A stretch of 64,000 bases of DNA from Bacteroidota bacterium (GCA_034658655.1 JAYEFQ010000023.1:18374-82373), one strand, 5' to 3'; positions 19,607 to 31,814 are shown, counted from the first letter of the stretch. Made by a program: numbers and translations. The notes: generated by a model not told the origin, from the sequence alone.

Positions 19607-21757
19607 TTATTCTTCCTCTTGTGCTTCAGCATACGTTTTAAGCAACTCAGTTTGAATATCTCCAGGAACTTGTGAATATTCCGCAAACTCAATGCTATAC
19701 ATCGCACGCCCACCTGTGATAGACTGTAATGCAGTTGAATAAGTGCCCATTTCAGCCAATGGAGCTTTTGCTGTGATTTTTTCAAAGCCAGATTCACTGC
19801 TCATACCTTGAACAATAGCACGACGTCCCTGTAAATCACTCATCACATCACCCATACGATCTGATGGAACTAATACTTCTACATTATATATAGGCTCCAT
19901 GATTTTTGGACCAGCATTTTTAAACGCAGTGCTAAACGCATTACGACCTGCAAGTTTGAAAGAAATCTCATTGGAATCAACTGGGTGCATTTTGCCGTCA
20001 TAAATATAAACACGAATATCACGAGCATATGAACCAGTTAACGGACCTTCTTCGATCTTTTCCATAATGCCTTTTAAAATGGCAGGCATAAAACGAGCAT
20101 CAATTGAACCACCGACAATACAGCTGAAAAATTCAAGCTTTCCGCCCCATTCCAGTTCAATTTCATCACGGTTTTTGATATTGAGTTTATATTCTTTTCC
20201 ATCAATTTTTACGATCTCAGGATCAACCATGCCTTCAACAATCGGTTCAATAATCATATGAACTTCGCCGAATTGACCAGATCCACCGGATTGTTTTTTA
20301 TGGCGATAATCTGATTGTGCTTTTTTGGTGATCGTCTCACGATAAGGAATTTTTGGAGCAAAATATTCTGTCTCTACTTTAAATATATTGTCAAGATGCC
20401 ATTTAAGAATGTTCATATGATATTCTCCTTGACCGCTTACAATCATTTGTTTTAACTCCTTGGAGTGAACCAATTTTATCGTTGGATCTTCCATGTGCAT
20501 TTTATTTAACGCATCTCCAAGTTTTTCCTCATCACCTTCTGATAATGGACGAATTGCAGTTCTGAATTTTGGTTCAGGATATTTAATTTCTGGAAATTCA
20601 ATGTCATTTCCAGGAGCAATGAGCGTGTCGTTTGCTTTAGTAACTTTCATTTTTACTGTAGCACCAATATCACCCGCAACAAGTTTGGTTACTTTAGTTC
20701 TTTCTTTTCCGGCGCATGCATATAATTGTGTGATACGTTCTTTTGAACTTTTTCGCACATTAGTCACATCCATACCTTCATTAATTTCTCCTGTAATTAC
20801 TTTGAAATAATTAATTTCACCAATATGTTCCTCATTAGAAGTTTTGAAAACAAATGCACTGAATGGTGCTGATGCATCGTATTTCACATCATTACCAGCT
20901 TTGTCTTTTATTGGAGTAACTTGATCAGGACTTGGCATGACGTCAGCAATAAAGTCCATAAAGCGATTAATCCCGATTTGTGGTTTTGCTGAAAAACAGA
21001 AAATCGGATTTAATGAACCTGAAAGAATTCCCTGAGTCATTCCTTGCATCAGTTGTTCATCAGAAAGGCTTTCTGTTTCAAAGAAAATTTCCATTAAATT
21101 ATCATCAGCTTCAGCCGCTTTTTCAACCAACTCTAAACGCAATTCTTCAGCTTTATCTGCATGTTCTGCAGGAATGTCAGAGACACTTGCTTTCCCATCT
21201 TTATAAGTGTACATTTTCATTTCAAGCACATCAATAATGCTGTCAAAATCAATGCCTGGGTTAACTGGGAACTGTACGCTTACTGCATTGCCGCCAAAGG
21301 TTTCTGTAACCATCTCAATGGTACGCTCGTAATTTGTTTTTTCATGATCCAGATGATTTATTCCGATAATCATTGGTTTGTTAAACTGCTCCATTTGGCG
21401 TTTGTGGATTTCCGTTCCAACTTCAACACCATTTTGGGCGTTAATGATCATCGCTACCGCATCTGCAGGATGAAGACTGTTAATGACACTCCCGATAAAA
21501 TCAGTCATGCCAGGATTATCAATAAAGTTAATTTTCTTATTTTTATGCTCGGCGAATACAACGGATGAAAAAACAGAATTTTCATTCCCCTTTTCTATCG
21601 GCTTGTAATCTGACACCGTGTTTTTTGATGAAATGTCACCTTTTCTTGTTAATGCACCACTTTCAAAAACCATGGCTTCTGCTAATGTGGTTTTTCCTGC
21701 GCCTGAATTTCCTAGCAGTGCCAGGTTTTTTATTTCACTCGTTTGATAGGTTTTCAT
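19607..21757 (-). CDS. EF-G paralog (EF-G-like translational GTPase)
   Basis: 716 aa with G1 GNSGAGKTT, G3 DNPG and G4 NHLD. The full EF-G domain order runs through ...GGSGQFGEVHM... and the C-terminal domain V. Confidence 0.8.
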   Translation of the reverse strand: MKTYQTSEIKNLALLGNSGAGKTTLAEAMVFESGALTRKGDISSKNTVSDYKPIEKGNENSVFSSVVFAEHKNKKINFIDNPGMTDFIGSVINSLHPADAVAMIINAQNGVEVGTEIHKRQMEQFNKPMIIGINHLDHEKTNYERTIEMVTETFGGNAVSVQFPVNPGIDFDSIIDVLEMKMYTYKDGKASVSDIPAEHADKAEELRLELVEKAAEADDNLMEIFFETESLSDEQLMQGMTQGILSGSLNPIFCFSAKPQIGINRFMDFIADVMPSPDQVTPIKDKAGNDVKYDASAPFSAFVFKTSNEEHIGEINYFKVITGEINEGMDVTNVRKSSKERITQLYACAGKERTKVTKLVAGDIGATVKMKVTKANDTLIAPGNDIEFPEIKYPEPKFRTAIRPLSEGDEEKLGDALNKMHMEDPTIKLVHSKELKQMIVSGQGEYHMNILKWHLDNIFKVETEYFAPKIPYRETITKKAQSDYRHKKQSGGSGQFGEVHMIIEPIVEGMVDPEIVKIDGKEYKLNIKNRDEIELEWGGKLEFFSCIVGGSIDARFMPAILKGIMEKIEEGPLTGSYARDIRVYIYDGKMHPVDSNEISFKLAGRNAFSTAFKNAGPKIMEPIYNVEVLVPSDRMGDVMSDLQGRRAIVQGMSSESGFEKITAKAPLAEMGTYSTALQSITGGRAMYSIEFAEYSQVPGDIQTELLKTYAEAQEEE

Positions 21758-22164
21758 AATAATTTGAAAAATTTATTATTGTGAGTAATTCAAAATTTGC
21801 CTTTTTAAAATGGCTTACAAAAATAACAACTATTTAATTACTTGCAAATTCTTACACAATATTATATATATAGGACTTTCTATTATTATATTTTGAATCA
21901 CTGTTGTCCGAGAAATATTATCAATTTATAATTCATTATTTTAGCGGACTCTAGTGATATCGAATGAAGAATGCAGGTTAGCTCATACACTCAATGTAGT
22001 AAAATCTGAAAAAAATATTATTTAAAGTAAAAGAATTTAGTGATAACCCTTTATAATTGGTGAAATATGAGACCTGCGTAAATTAAAATCATTCAAAATT
22101 AAACAAAAAATGCTCATACACAGAGTTTTTTTTAAAAGGGGCTTGTTAATAACAAAAAAAGAAA

Positions 22165-22172
22165 TACCTTTG
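22165..22172 (+). promoter_or_regulatory. candidate -7 box (TACCTTTG) of the ribosomal superoperon
   Basis: Matches the Bacteroidota TAnnTTTG consensus, 45 nt upstream of the rpsL ATG. Confidence 0.45.
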
Positions 22173-22217
22173 CAGTCCAATTTAGAAAAGTTGTTTTTTG
22201 TTTAATAAGGATAATAT

Positions 22218-22592
22218 ATGCCAACAATACAACAGTTAGTTCGTAAAGGAAGAAAACGTCAGGTGGAGAAAAGTAATTCTCCGGCGTTAAATTCATGCCC
22301 ACAACGTCGTGGGGTATGTACAAGGGTTTATACTACAACTCCGAAGAAACCAAACTCTGCAATGCGTAAAGTTGCAAGAGTCCGTTTAACCAATGGAAAA
22401 GAAGTGAATGCTTACATTCCAGGTGAAGGTCACAATCTCCAAGAGCACAGTATTGTGCTTATCAGAGGGGGGCGTGTGAAAGATTTACCGGGTGTACGTT
22501 ATCACATCGTCCGTGGCGCACTTGATACCTCAGGTGTTGAGGGTCGGACACAGAGACGGTCTAAGTACGGAGCTAAAAAACCCAAAAAATAA
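22218..22592 (+). CDS. rpsL: 30S ribosomal protein S12
   Basis: [12 protein letters not shown]...[16 protein letters not shown]. Confidence 0.97.
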   Translation: MPTIQQLVRKGRKRQVEKSNSPALNSCPQRRGVCTRVYTTTPKKPNSAMRKVARVRLTNGKEVNAYIPGEGHNLQEHSIVLIRGGRVKDLPGVRYHIVRGALDTSGVEGRTQRRSKYGAKKPKK

Positions 22593-22600
22593 TTTGAGGT

Positions 22601-23077
22601 ATGAGAAAGTTAAAAAACAAAATTAGAGTCCGTGAAGGAGATGCAGTTTTTAACGATGTACTTGTTACTAGGTTTGTAAATGATATGATGATGCATGGAA
22701 ATAAATCCAGATCATTTAAAATCTTTTATGAAGCATTAGAGGTCGTTAAAGAAAAAATAAAAGACGATGAGTTGTCTCCCTTGGAAATCTGGAAAAAAGC
22801 TGTCCAGAATATCACGCCCGCTGTTGAGGTGAAAAGTCGCCGTATCGGTGGTGCTACATTTCAGGTTCCTATGGAAATGCGTGCTGATAGAAAAATCTCT
22901 GTTGGTAATAAATGGATTATTCAGGCCGCAAGAAAACGTGGTGGAAAAAATATGGTTGAAAAACTTTCTGCTGAAATTATCGCTGCATATAAAGAAGAAG
23001 GTGCTGCGTTTAAAAAGAAAGAAGATACTCACCGTATGGCTGAATCAAATAAAGCATTCTCTCACTTTAGATTTTAA
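22601..23077 (+). CDS. rpsG: 30S ribosomal protein S7
   Basis: ...[20 protein letters not shown]...[15 protein letters not shown]. Confidence 0.97.
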   Translation: MRKLKNKIRVREGDAVFNDVLVTRFVNDMMMHGNKSRSFKIFYEALEVVKEKIKDDELSPLEIWKKAVQNITPAVEVKSRRIGGATFQVPMEMRADRKISVGNKWIIQAARKRGGKNMVEKLSAEIIAAYKEEGAAFKKKEDTHRMAESNKAFSHFRF

Positions 23078-23085
23078 ATTTGAAT

Positions 23086-25185
23086 ATGTCCTTTGATTTA
23101 ACCAGAAATATCGGAATTATGGCTCACATCGACGCCGGTAAGACTACAACTACCGAGCGTATCCTGTATTTTACAGGAGTGAACTATAAAATCGGTGAGG
23201 TGCATGATGGGACTGCCACTATGGATTGGATGCAGCAAGAACAAGATAGGGGTATTACTATTACCTCTGCTGCTACAACAACCTATTGGAAAAAAAATTC
23301 AAAGGAATATCGTATTAACATTATAGACACTCCGGGACATGTCGATTTCACCATGGAAGTAGAGCGTTCACTTAGAGTACTCGATGGTGCAATTGCTGTT
23401 TTCTGTGCGGTCGGTGGGGTAGAACCTCAATCCGAAACAGTATGGAGACAAGCAAATCGATATAATGTCCCGAGAATCGCATTCGTTAACAAGATGGATC
23501 GCGTGGGTGCAGATTTCCTGAGAGTCGTTGATCAAATTAGAACTCGATTGAAAGCTAATCCCGTGCCACTGCAACTTCCTATAGGCGTTGAAGAAGATTT
23601 CGTGGGAGTGGTTGACTTGATTACTGAAAAAGCATATATATGGACTGATGGAGATCAGGATTATGGAATGTATTTTGAAGTAACAGAGGTTCCGGAGTCA
23701 ATGAAAGAGGAAGTGTATGAATTGCGCGAAAATCTTATCGAAATCGTTGCAGAGTCAGATGATAAATTGTTGGAAAGATTTTTTGAAGATAGAAGTGCAA
23801 TTACAGTAGAAGAATTTAAAACAGTTACTAGGAAAGCAGTACTTGATGGAACAATTGTTCCTGTGCTTTGTGGTTCTGCTTTTAAAAATAAAGGGGTACA
23901 GCCTTTGTTAGATGCCGTTACTGATTATTTGCCAAGCCCGGCAGATGTTGAATCAATTTCCGGTATCGACCCGAAATCAGAAAACGAAATTTCAAGAAAA
24001 CCGTCTGTAGAAGAACCATTTTCTGCCTTATGTTTTAAAATTGCCACAAATCCGTTTGTCGGTAAATTAGCATATATTCGCGTTTATTCAGGACAATTAA
24101 ATGCAAAACAACAGGTATATAATATGCGTACTGAAAAATCAGAACGCCTAAATCGCCTGTTTTTAATGCATGCAAATAAACAGAAAGCCTTGGAAACAGT
24201 TCAGGTTGGAGATATTGTCGCTGTCGTTGGATTTAAAAATATAAAAACGGGTGATACGCTCTGTGATAAATCCAAACCAATTGTTTTGGAATCAATGAAT
24301 TTTCCTGAACCGGTTATCGGGCTTGCAATTGAACCACATTATCAGGCAGATATCGACAAACTTGGACAAGCCTTGGCAAATCTTGCTGAAGAAGATCCAA
24401 CCTTTACTGTTGAAGTGAATGAACAATCAGGTCAGACAATTATCAATGGAATGGGAGAATTGCATCTCGAAATCCTTATTGACCGCTTACGGATTGAGCA
24501 TGGTGTGAAATTGAATCAGGGAAATCCACATGTGAATTATAAAGAAGCCGTTTACGGAAGCATTGTGCATCGTGAAATATTTGAAAAACAAACTGGTGGA
24601 AAAGGAAAATTTGCTGATATTGAAGTGGAAATTTCTGAAGTTAATGATGATGATGTAACAGGTTTGGTTTTCGAAGATGCCACAAAAGGAGGTTCAATTC
24701 CAAAAGAATTTATACCGGCAATTGAAAAAGGTTTCCGATTAGGATTGTCTAACGGCCCAGTTGCAGGATATCCCTTAGAAAAAATTAAAGTACGCTTATT
24801 GGATGGATCTCATCACTCTGTAGATTCCGATAGCTTATCATTTGAAATAGCAGCAAAACAAGCATTACGTACAGCAACCCGTAAAATGGAAGCTCGTTTG
24901 CTTGAGCCTATGATGAAACTCGAGGTGGTAACCCCGGACGAATATCTTGGTGATGTAGTTGCAGATTTGAATAAACGACGTGCCGATATTCGTGGAATGG
25001 ATGAAATCACGGGTGCTAGAATTGTCAAAGCAAATGTTCCGCTTTCAGAGCAATTCGGTTATGTCACTGTATTAAGAACATTATCTTCAGGGAGAGCAGT
25101 TTCAAGTATGGAATTTGGCCATTATGAACCTATGCTTCCTGAAATGCAAAAAAAAATATTAGAAAAAGGATTGTTGTCTTTTTAA
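23086..25185 (+). CDS. fusA: elongation factor G
   Basis: [30 protein letters not shown] and NKMD motifs. I prefer the ATG at 23086 over the track's TTG at 23080. Confidence 0.96.
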   Translation: MSFDLTRNIGIMAHIDAGKTTTTERILYFTGVNYKIGEVHDGTATMDWMQQEQDRGITITSAATTTYWKKNSKEYRINIIDTPGHVDFTMEVERSLRVLDGAIAVFCAVGGVEPQSETVWRQANRYNVPRIAFVNKMDRVGADFLRVVDQIRTRLKANPVPLQLPIGVEEDFVGVVDLITEKAYIWTDGDQDYGMYFEVTEVPESMKEEVYELRENLIEIVAESDDKLLERFFEDRSAITVEEFKTVTRKAVLDGTIVPVLCGSAFKNKGVQPLLDAVTDYLPSPADVESISGIDPKSENEISRKPSVEEPFSALCFKIATNPFVGKLAYIRVYSGQLNAKQQVYNMRTEKSERLNRLFLMHANKQKALETVQVGDIVAVVGFKNIKTGDTLCDKSKPIVLESMNFPEPVIGLAIEPHYQADIDKLGQALANLAEEDPTFTVEVNEQSGQTIINGMGELHLEILIDRLRIEHGVKLNQGNPHVNYKEAVYGSIVHREIFEKQTGGKGKFADIEVEISEVNDDDVTGLVFEDATKGGSIPKEFIPAIEKGFRLGLSNGPVAGYPLEKIKVRLLDGSHHSVDSDSLSFEIAAKQALRTATRKMEARLLEPMMKLEVVTPDEYLGDVVADLNKRRADIRGMDEITGARIVKANVPLSEQFGYVTVLRTLSSGRAVSSMEFGHYEPMLPEMQKKILEKGLLSF

Positions 25186-25200
25186 TCGTTAAATATACTT

Positions 25201-25506
25201 ATGAGTCAGAAAATACGAATTAAACTCAGAAGTTACGATCACAACCTTCTGGACAAGTCTTCAGAAAAGATCGTAAAAACAGTAAAAACTACTGGTGCAG
25301 TAGTGAGTGGTCCTATTCCATTGCCTACGCATAAGCGCATTTTTACAGTAAACCGTTCCACTTTCGTGAACAAAAAAGCACGCGAGCAATTTGAGCTTAG
25401 ATCTCATAAACGTTTACTAGATATTTACAGTACAACTGCAAATACAATTGATGCACTTATGAAACTGGAATTGCCCAGTGGTGTAGATGTTGAAATTAAA
25501 GTGTAA
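25201..25506 (+). CDS. rpsJ: 30S ribosomal protein S10
   Basis: [20 protein letters not shown]... Confidence 0.97.
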   Translation: MSQKIRIKLRSYDHNLLDKSSEKIVKTVKTTGAVVSGPIPLPTHKRIFTVNRSTFVNKKAREQFELRSHKRLLDIYSTTANTIDALMKLELPSGVDVEIKV

Positions 25507-25524
25507 TTTTTAATACAAGAAAAA

Positions 25525-26142
25525 ATGCAAGGAATTATTGGAAAAAAAGTCGGAATGACTTCCGTATTCAGTGCCGAGGGGAAAAACATCCCATGCACTG
25601 TGATTGAAGCAGGTCCTTGTGTTGTTACACAGGTAAAAACCGTCAAATCTGACGGTTATGAAGCTGTCCAGCTCTCTTTTGATGAGAAAAAGGAAAAAAG
25701 AACATCAAAAGCAATGCTGGAACACTTCAAAAAAGCCGGTACAACACCAAAACGCAAAGTAGTGGAATTTCGCGACTTTGGTAAGGACGTAAAAGTAGGA
25801 GATAGCATTAGCGTTGATATCTTTATTGATGGAGAATGGTGCGATGTCTCAGGAACATCTAAAGGAAAAGGATTTCAGGGAGTTGTAAAACGCTACAATT
25901 TTGCTGGTGTTAATGATGCAACACACGGGCAGCATAACAGATTGCGCGCACCTGGATCACTTGGAGCATCTTCTGACCCTTCCCGAGTATTTAAAGGGAT
26001 GAGAATGGGGGGACGTACCGGTGGCGATCGTGTGAAAATGATTAGCCTTAAAGTCCTGAAGAAAATTCCAGAGAGTAATTTATTGTTAGTGAAAGGTTCT
26101 GTACCTGGTGCTAAAGGTTCATATTTAATAATTGAAAAGTAA
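25525..26142 (+). CDS. rplC: 50S ribosomal protein L3
   Basis: [15 protein letters not shown]...[14 protein letters not shown]. Confidence 0.97.
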   Translation: MQGIIGKKVGMTSVFSAEGKNIPCTVIEAGPCVVTQVKTVKSDGYEAVQLSFDEKKEKRTSKAMLEHFKKAGTTPKRKVVEFRDFGKDVKVGDSISVDIFIDGEWCDVSGTSKGKGFQGVVKRYNFAGVNDATHGQHNRLRAPGSLGASSDPSRVFKGMRMGGRTGGDRVKMISLKVLKKIPESNLLLVKGSVPGAKGSYLIIEK

Positions 26143-26768
26143 TGAAGCTGAAAGTATATAACAACAAAGGTAAGGAAACCGGAAATAGTCTTGAAATTAA
26201 TGATGCTGTTTTCGCAGTTGAACCGAATGACCATGCAATTTATTTAGATTGTAAAGCGCATCTGGCCAATCGCAGACAAGGAACTCATAAAGCGAAAGAA
26301 AGAGGCGAAATTAAGGGTAGTACAAAAAAAATCAAAAGACAAAAAGGTACTGGTACCGCTCGCTTTGGTGATATTAAAAATCCACTCTTTAGAGGGGGCG
26401 GACGCGTTTTTGGACCTAGACCGAGGAATTACTCACAAAAAGTAAATAAAAAGGTCAAACAAATCGCAAGAAAATCTGCGCTCTATTATAAGATGAAAGA
26501 TGAAAATATTATCATCGTGGATAAGCTTGATTTAAACGAGGTTAAGACGAAGCAAATCGTTGAAATTCAGAAAAATTTTAAAATTTCTGATAAAAAATTG
26601 CTAATCGTTGTGAATGAACAAAATAATAATGTATATTTGTCATCTCGAAATTTGTCAGGGGTAGATGTGGTAAACGTTTCATCTTTAAGTACTTATAAGA
26701 TTCTTGACGCATCAATTTTGATGTTTGAAGAGAATTCAATTGAGGTTTTAAATAAAATACTGGCATAA
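26142..26768 (+). CDS. rplD: 50S ribosomal protein L4
   Basis: ...RRQGTHKAKERGEIKGSTKKIKRQKGTGTAR. TAATG overlap with rplC. Confidence 0.96.
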   Translation: MKLKVYNNKGKETGNSLEINDAVFAVEPNDHAIYLDCKAHLANRRQGTHKAKERGEIKGSTKKIKRQKGTGTARFGDIKNPLFRGGGRVFGPRPRNYSQKVNKKVKQIARKSALYYKMKDENIIIVDKLDLNEVKTKQIVEIQKNFKISDKKLLIVVNEQNNNVYLSSRNLSGVDVVNVSSLSTYKILDASILMFEENSIEVLNKILA

Positions 26769-26780
26769 AATTTTGGCGAA

Positions 26781-27071
26781 ATGGAGATATTATTAAAACC
26801 AATCGTGACAGAAAAGATGACGGAACAGACTGAAAAACTGAACCGTTATGGCTTTGTTGTTGATGTACACGCAACGAAGGAACAGATAAAATTTGCAATC
26901 GAAGATTTGTATGATGTGGATGTTGCTTCTGTTAATACTATGCGCTACGAAGGCAAAAATAAATCACGATATACGAAAACGGGTGTTCTTAACGGTCGTA
27001 CAAATGCTTATAAAAAAGCAATTGTTACACTGGGTGGTGAGGACACAATAGATTTTTACAGCAATATTTAA
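26781..27071 (+). CDS. rplW: 50S ribosomal protein L23
   Basis: LKPIVTEKMTEQTEKLNRYGFVVD. Correct operon position. Confidence 0.95.
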   Translation: MEILLKPIVTEKMTEQTEKLNRYGFVVDVHATKEQIKFAIEDLYDVDVASVNTMRYEGKNKSRYTKTGVLNGRTNAYKKAIVTLGGEDTIDFYSNI

Positions 27072-27080
27072 TTAAAAGAT

Positions 27081-27908
27081 ATGGCAGTTAGAAAATATAA
27101 ACCCACAACACCGGGACAAAGAAATAAGTTAATTAGTGATTTTGCAGAGATTACAACAAATAAACCTGAAAAATCATTAATTGACCCTATTAAACGATCA
27201 GGAGGTCGTAATAATCAGGGGCGTATGACTATGCGCTATATTGGTGGTGGACATAAACGTCGGTATCGTCGAATTGATTTTAAACGCAATAAAGACGGTA
27301 TGGTCGCTAAAGTTCTCACCATTGAATATGATCCAAATCGATCAGCGCGTATCGCTTTAGTGCAATATGCTGATGAAGAAAAAAGATATATTATAGCGCC
27401 TAACGGATTACAAGTTGGACAAGAAGTTATGAGTGGAAAAGGTGTCACTCCAGAAGTCGGAAACTCACTTTTCCTTCGCGAAATCCCACTTGGAACCGTA
27501 ATCCATAATATTGAGTTGCATCCTGAACAAGGAGCTATGTTGGCTCGGAGTGCTGGAACTTATGCTCAGTTAACTTCCCGTGAAGGACGTTTTGCTGTTG
27601 TGAAATTACCTTCAGGTGAAATCCGCAGATTACTTGTTACCTGCCGAGCTACCATTGGTAGTGTATCTAATGCTGACCACGCTTTAGAAGATTCAGGTAA
27701 AGCCGGACGTACACGTTGGCAAGGGCGCAGACCTAGAGTTCGTGGGGTTGTGATGAATCCTGTTGACCATCCAATGGGTGGTGGTGAAGGAAAATCATCA
27801 GGTGGACATCCACGTTCAAGAAATGGCTTATTGGCGAAAGGTTATAAAACCCGAAAACCAAATAAAGCTTCAAGTAGATATATTATTGAAAGACGTAAAA
27901 GAAAATAA
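27081..27908 (+). CDS. rplB: 50S ribosomal protein L2
   Basis: [15 protein letters not shown]...[19 protein letters not shown]. Confidence 0.97.
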   Translation: MAVRKYKPTTPGQRNKLISDFAEITTNKPEKSLIDPIKRSGGRNNQGRMTMRYIGGGHKRRYRRIDFKRNKDGMVAKVLTIEYDPNRSARIALVQYADEEKRYIIAPNGLQVGQEVMSGKGVTPEVGNSLFLREIPLGTVIHNIELHPEQGAMLARSAGTYAQLTSREGRFAVVKLPSGEIRRLLVTCRATIGSVSNADHALEDSGKAGRTRWQGRRPRVRGVVMNPVDHPMGGGEGKSSGGHPRSRNGLLAKGYKTRKPNKASSRYIIERRKRK

Positions 27909-27915
27909 TTAAGGT

Positions 27916-28179
27916 ATGAGCAGATCACTGAAAAAAGGACCGTTTATTGATCCTAGTTTGGAGAAAAAAGTGCTGAAAATGCAGGAAAACAAAAAGAAGA
28001 CCGTTGTCAAAACTTGGGCGCGTGCTTCAATTATTTCTCCTGATTTTGTCGGGTTAACAATTGCTGTTCATAATGGTAATAAGTTTATCCCTGTTTACCT
28101 AACCGAAAATATGGTAGGACATAAACTTGGAGAATTTGCTCCGACTCGTACTTTCCGGGGTCATGCCGGTAGAAAATAG
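27916..28179 (+). CDS. rpsS: 30S ribosomal protein S19
   Basis: [12 protein letters not shown]...[16 protein letters not shown]. Confidence 0.97.
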   Translation: MSRSLKKGPFIDPSLEKKVLKMQENKKKTVVKTWARASIISPDFVGLTIAVHNGNKFIPVYLTENMVGHKLGEFAPTRTFRGHAGRK

Positions 28180-28195
28180 TTAAACTGAAATTGTT

Positions 28196-28636
28196 ATGAG
28201 TGCACGCAAAAGAAAATCAGCCGAACTTAGAAAAGAGGCTAAAAAAAATATCAGCTATGCAGTTCTTAAAAACTGCCCCACATCGCCTAGAAAAATGCGA
28301 TTGTTAGCTGACCTGATTCGCGGAAATGATGCTAATCAGGCCTTGGACATTCTTAAGTTTTCAACCAAAGAAGCTTCAGTGCGAATGGAAAAACTCTTAA
28401 TGTCCGCAATTGCTAACTGGCAAGCTAAAAACGAAGGGGTTCGTCTTGAAGATGCTAACCTGTTTGTGAAAGAAGTATTTGTGGATTCTGCAAGAATGCT
28501 TAAAAGAATCCAGCCAGCTCCACAAGGACGCGCTTATCGTATTAGAAAACGTTCAAATCACGTGACAATTACGGTAGAAAGTGCTAACCTGATGGAGGCA
28601 AATAATGTTGAAGTTCAAGAAGTTTCAGAAAATTAA
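28196..28636 (+). CDS. rplV: 50S ribosomal protein L22
   Basis: ...[14 protein letters not shown]...[19 protein letters not shown]. Has a short acidic C-terminal tail. Confidence 0.96.
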   Translation: MSARKRKSAELRKEAKKNISYAVLKNCPTSPRKMRLLADLIRGNDANQALDILKFSTKEASVRMEKLLMSAIANWQAKNEGVRLEDANLFVKEVFVDSARMLKRIQPAPQGRAYRIRKRSNHVTITVESANLMEANNVEVQEVSEN

Positions 28637-28647
28637 AGCGATATTCA

Positions 28648-29361
28648 ATGGGACAGAAGGTTAATCCAATAAGTAACAGACTAGGAATCATCAGAGGATG
28701 GGATTCAAATTGGTATGGTGGAAATGATTACGGCGAGAAATTGGTCGAAGATTATAAAATCCGTCGGTATTTGAATGTGCGCCTCGCGAAAGCTAGTGTT
28801 GCCAGAATTATTATCGAGCGTTCAGTTAAGATGATCACCATAACAATTCATACTGCAAGACCCGGTATTATTATCGGTCGTGGTGGACAAGAAGTAGATC
28901 AGCTTAGGGAAGAGCTTAAAAAAATCACTAAAAAAGAAGTGCAAATTAATATCTTCGAGATTAAACGCCCTGAGTTGGATGCTGCACTTGTAGCTAGTAA
29001 CGTGGCTCGACAAATCGAAGGCAAAATTGCGTATCGTCGTGCTGTGAAAATGGCTATTGCTGCTACTATGAGAATGGGAGCAGAAGGAATCAAAATTTTG
29101 GTTTCCGGTCGTTTGAATGGCGCTGAAATGGCTAGATCTGAAATGTATAAACAGGGAAGAATCCCATTGCATACTTTCCGTGCAGATATTGATTATGCTC
29201 TTGCTGAAGCCTTGACTAAAACTGGTATAATGGGAGTCAAAACATGGATTTGTCGCGGTGAAATCTATGGAAAAAGAGATTTGTCTGCAAATGTTGGCAT
29301 GTCTAAAAAACCTGGGAATGCCGGTGGCAAGAAAAAGTTCACACGTAAGAGAAGAAAATAA
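28648..29361 (+). CDS. rpsC: 30S ribosomal protein S3
   Basis: [23 protein letters not shown]... Confidence 0.97.
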   Translation: MGQKVNPISNRLGIIRGWDSNWYGGNDYGEKLVEDYKIRRYLNVRLAKASVARIIIERSVKMITITIHTARPGIIIGRGGQEVDQLREELKKITKKEVQINIFEIKRPELDAALVASNVARQIEGKIAYRRAVKMAIAATMRMGAEGIKILVSGRLNGAEMARSEMYKQGRIPLHTFRADIDYALAEALTKTGIMGVKTWICRGEIYGKRDLSANVGMSKKPGNAGGKKKFTRKRRK

Positions 29362-29379
29362 CGAAAAAGGAGTTTAAAA

Positions 29380-29805
29380 ATGTTACAACCTAAAAAAACA
29401 AAATACAGACGGCAGCAAAAGGGCAAAATGAAAGGTAATGCCCAGCGTGGAAATCAACTCGCTTTTGGTTCATTTGCTATTAAATCGTTAGAAACAACTT
29501 GGTTGACAGGTCGTCAACTTGAAGCTGCAAGGGTAGCGATTACTCGTCAAATGCAACGACAAGGGAAACTTTGGATTCGTGTTTTTCCTGATAAACCCAT
29601 TACTAAAAAACCTGCAGAGGTGCGTATGGGTAAAGGAAAAGGTGATCCTGAAAGCTTTGTTGCACGTGTAACTCCAGGAAGAATTATTTTTGAAATCGAT
29701 GGAGTGAGCTTCGACCATGCAAAAGAAGCAATGAGACTGGGGTCTCAAAAATTACCTGTGAAGACGAAATTTACTGTTCGTCACGATTATGATTATAATA
29801 TTTAA
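29380..29805 (+). CDS. rplP: 50S ribosomal protein L16
   Basis: [19 protein letters not shown]... Confidence 0.97.
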   Translation: MLQPKKTKYRRQQKGKMKGNAQRGNQLAFGSFAIKSLETTWLTGRQLEAARVAITRQMQRQGKLWIRVFPDKPITKKPAEVRMGKGKGDPESFVARVTPGRIIFEIDGVSFDHAKEAMRLGSQKLPVKTKFTVRHDYDYNI

Positions 29806-29816
29806 TTTGGGGAGCA

Positions 29817-30014
29817 ATGAAAAATTCAGAAATTCAACAAATGACAGATAAGGAAGTCCAAGAGAGGATTGGTGAAGAAAAACTCATGCTGAGAAAATTA
29901 AAAATGAGTCATGCTGTATCTCCTTTGGAAAATCCAAATAAAATTCCTGAAATCAGACGAAATGTTGCTCGTCTAATGACTGAGTGGAATAAACGTCAAA
30001 GCAGTGCTAAATAA
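29817..30014 (+). CDS. rpmC: 50S ribosomal protein L29
   Basis: 65 aa, ...[29 protein letters not shown]. Correct operon position. Confidence 0.93.
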   Translation: MKNSEIQQMTDKEVQERIGEEKLMLRKLKMSHAVSPLENPNKIPEIRRNVARLMTEWNKRQSSAK

Positions 30015-30022
30015 GTCGGAAT

Positions 30023-30277
30023 ATGGAACGAAAATTAAGAAAAGAGCGTATCGGTGTTGTTGTTAGCAACAAAATGGATAAATCCATCACTGTGGATGTG
30101 AAACGGAAAATGAAACATCCGAAATACGGAAAGTTTGTAAATAAATCAAAACGTTTAGTAGCTCATGACGAGCAAAATACTTGTGATATCGGTGATACTG
30201 TTAAAATTATGGAAAGTCGCCCATTGAGTAAGAACAAAACGTGGAGATTAGTGGAAATCGTTGAAAAAGTTAAGTAA
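30023..30277 (+). CDS. rpsQ: 30S ribosomal protein S17
   Basis: [19 protein letters not shown]...[23 protein letters not shown]. Confidence 0.96.
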   Translation: MERKLRKERIGVVVSNKMDKSITVDVKRKMKHPKYGKFVNKSKRLVAHDEQNTCDIGDTVKIMESRPLSKNKTWRLVEIVEKVK

Positions 30278-30279
30278 CC

Positions 30280-30648
30280 ATGATACAGCAGGAATCCAAA
30301 ATAGCAGTCGCTGATAATAGTGGCGCTAAAGTTGTCCAGTGCATCCGAGTTCTCGGCGGTACAGGAAAAAGATATGCAGGGATAGGTGATCAGATTGTCG
30401 TTACAGTGAAATCTGCACTCCCCGGTGGAGAATTGAAAAAAGGATCAGTAACACGGGCAGTCGTTGTCAGAACTAAAAAAGAAACCCGTCGTGATGATGG
30501 TTCTTATATCCGATTCGATGATAATGCTTGTGTTTTATTAAATACTGCAGAGGAAATTCGTGGTACTCGTATCTTTGGCCCTATTCCTAGAGAACTGCGT
30601 CAAGATAAATATATGAAAATTGTATCACTCGCATCTGAAGTGTTGTAA
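30280..30648 (+). CDS. rplN: 50S ribosomal protein L14
   Basis: [17 protein letters not shown]... Confidence 0.97.
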   Translation: MIQQESKIAVADNSGAKVVQCIRVLGGTGKRYAGIGDQIVVTVKSALPGGELKKGSVTRAVVVRTKKETRRDDGSYIRFDDNACVLLNTAEEIRGTRIFGPIPRELRQDKYMKIVSLASEVL

Positions 30649-30660
30649 AAATTGATTGTC

Positions 30661-30984
30661 ATGGTAAAGAAATTACATATTAAGAAAGGAGACATGGTTA
30701 AAGTTATTTCCGGTGAAGATAAAGGCTTCCAAGGTAAAGTCCTTGAAGTACTTCCAAAGAAATATAAAGCCATTGTCGAAGGCGCAAATATTGTATCGAA
30801 ACATACGAAACCAAATGCTAATAATACCGATGGTGGTATTATTAAACAAGAGGCTCCGGTACATTTGTCTAACCTTATGCTTATTGATCCAAAAGAAGGT
30901 GCTCCAACACGAATCGGTAGAAAATCCGATAAAAATGGAAAATTGGTTCGATTCGCTAAAAAATCAGGAGAGGAGATTAAGTAA
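30661..30984 (+). CDS. rplX: 50S ribosomal protein L24
   Basis: [23 protein letters not shown] prefer the ATG at 30661 over the track's TTG at 30652. Confidence 0.95.
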   Translation: MVKKLHIKKGDMVKVISGEDKGFQGKVLEVLPKKYKAIVEGANIVSKHTKPNANNTDGGIIKQEAPVHLSNLMLIDPKEGAPTRIGRKSDKNGKLVRFAKKSGEEIK

Positions 30985-31541
30985 TGGCTAATATTCCGAA
31001 TTTTCAGAAAAAATATTTCGAAGAAGTAGCTCCAGCACTGAAAGAAAAATTTCAGTACAGCTCGACAATGGAAATCCCTAGAATCGAGAAAATTGTAATT
31101 AATCAAGGGATTGGTGAAGCAATTACGGATAAAAAACTTATCCAATCTGCCATTGATGAAATTACAATGATTACTGGTCAAAGGGCTGTTTCTACTATGT
31201 CTAAACGAGATATCTCTAACTTTAAGTTAAGAAGAGATATGCCTATTGGTGTTCGTGTAACATTGCGTCGTCAAAGAATGTATGAATTCATTGAAAGACT
31301 TGTTAGAGCATCATTGCCTCGTATTCGTGACTTTAACGGAGTGCCTTTTAAATTAGATGGACGTGGAAACTATACTCTCGGTATTACCGAACAGATTATT
31401 TTTCCAGAAATCCAATTTGATCAGGTTGATAAACTCATGGGAATGAACATCACCTTTGTAACGAGTGCAAATACTGATGAAGAAGGATATGCACTCCTGA
31501 AAGAGTTTGGTTTCCCATTTAAAAACAATAAAAAAAGTTAA
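30984..31541 (+). CDS. rplE: 50S ribosomal protein L5
   Basis: ...PRIEKIVINQGIGEA...GMNITFVTSA. Confidence 0.97.
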   Translation: MANIPNFQKKYFEEVAPALKEKFQYSSTMEIPRIEKIVINQGIGEAITDKKLIQSAIDEITMITGQRAVSTMSKRDISNFKLRRDMPIGVRVTLRRQRMYEFIERLVRASLPRIRDFNGVPFKLDGRGNYTLGITEQIIFPEIQFDQVDKLMGMNITFVTSANTDEEGYALLKEFGFPFKNNKKS

Positions 31542-31544
31542 GAT

Positions 31545-31814
31545 ATGGCTAAAGAATCCATGAAAGCACGCGAAGTTAAGCGTCAGAGAATGGTTGACAA
31601 ATATGCTGCTAAACGCAAACAACTCAAAGAAGAAGGTAAACTTGATGAGTTGCATAAATTGCCTAAAAATTCTTCGAAAGTGCGTTTGCATAATCGTTGT
31701 AGTATTACCGGTCGGCCTAAAGGGTATATTAGACAATTCGGAGTAAGCCGTATTGTGTTTAGAGAAATGGCATCTAATGGGCTGATTCCTGGTGTTAAAA
31801 AATCAAGTTGGTAA
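31545..31814 (+). CDS. rpsN: 30S ribosomal protein S14 (long, non-zinc form)
   Basis: [13 protein letters not shown]...[20 protein letters not shown]...W. Confidence 0.96.
   Translation: MAKESMKAREVKRQRMVDKYAAKRKQLKEEGKLDELHKLPKNSSKVRLHNRCSITGRPKGYIRQFGVSRIVFREMASNGLIPGVKKSSW

Noticed and set aside
19537-19797. 86-aa minus-strand ORF overlapping the 3' end of the EF-G paralog and the terminator
   Set aside because: It lies out of frame within a well-supported gene, runs through the terminator hairpin and has a basic low-complexity sequence.
30600-31181. 193-aa minus-strand ORF, and similar long antisense ORFs at 50892..51413, 60665..61198, 25893..26234, 43048..43404, 63407..63760, 21161..21568, 3065..3427, 4831..5208 and 18408..18737
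   Set aside because: Each lies wholly inside, and antisense to or out of frame with, a gene with strong family identity. Their sequences are low-complexity with odd composition, as expected for shadow ORFs in AT-rich DNA.
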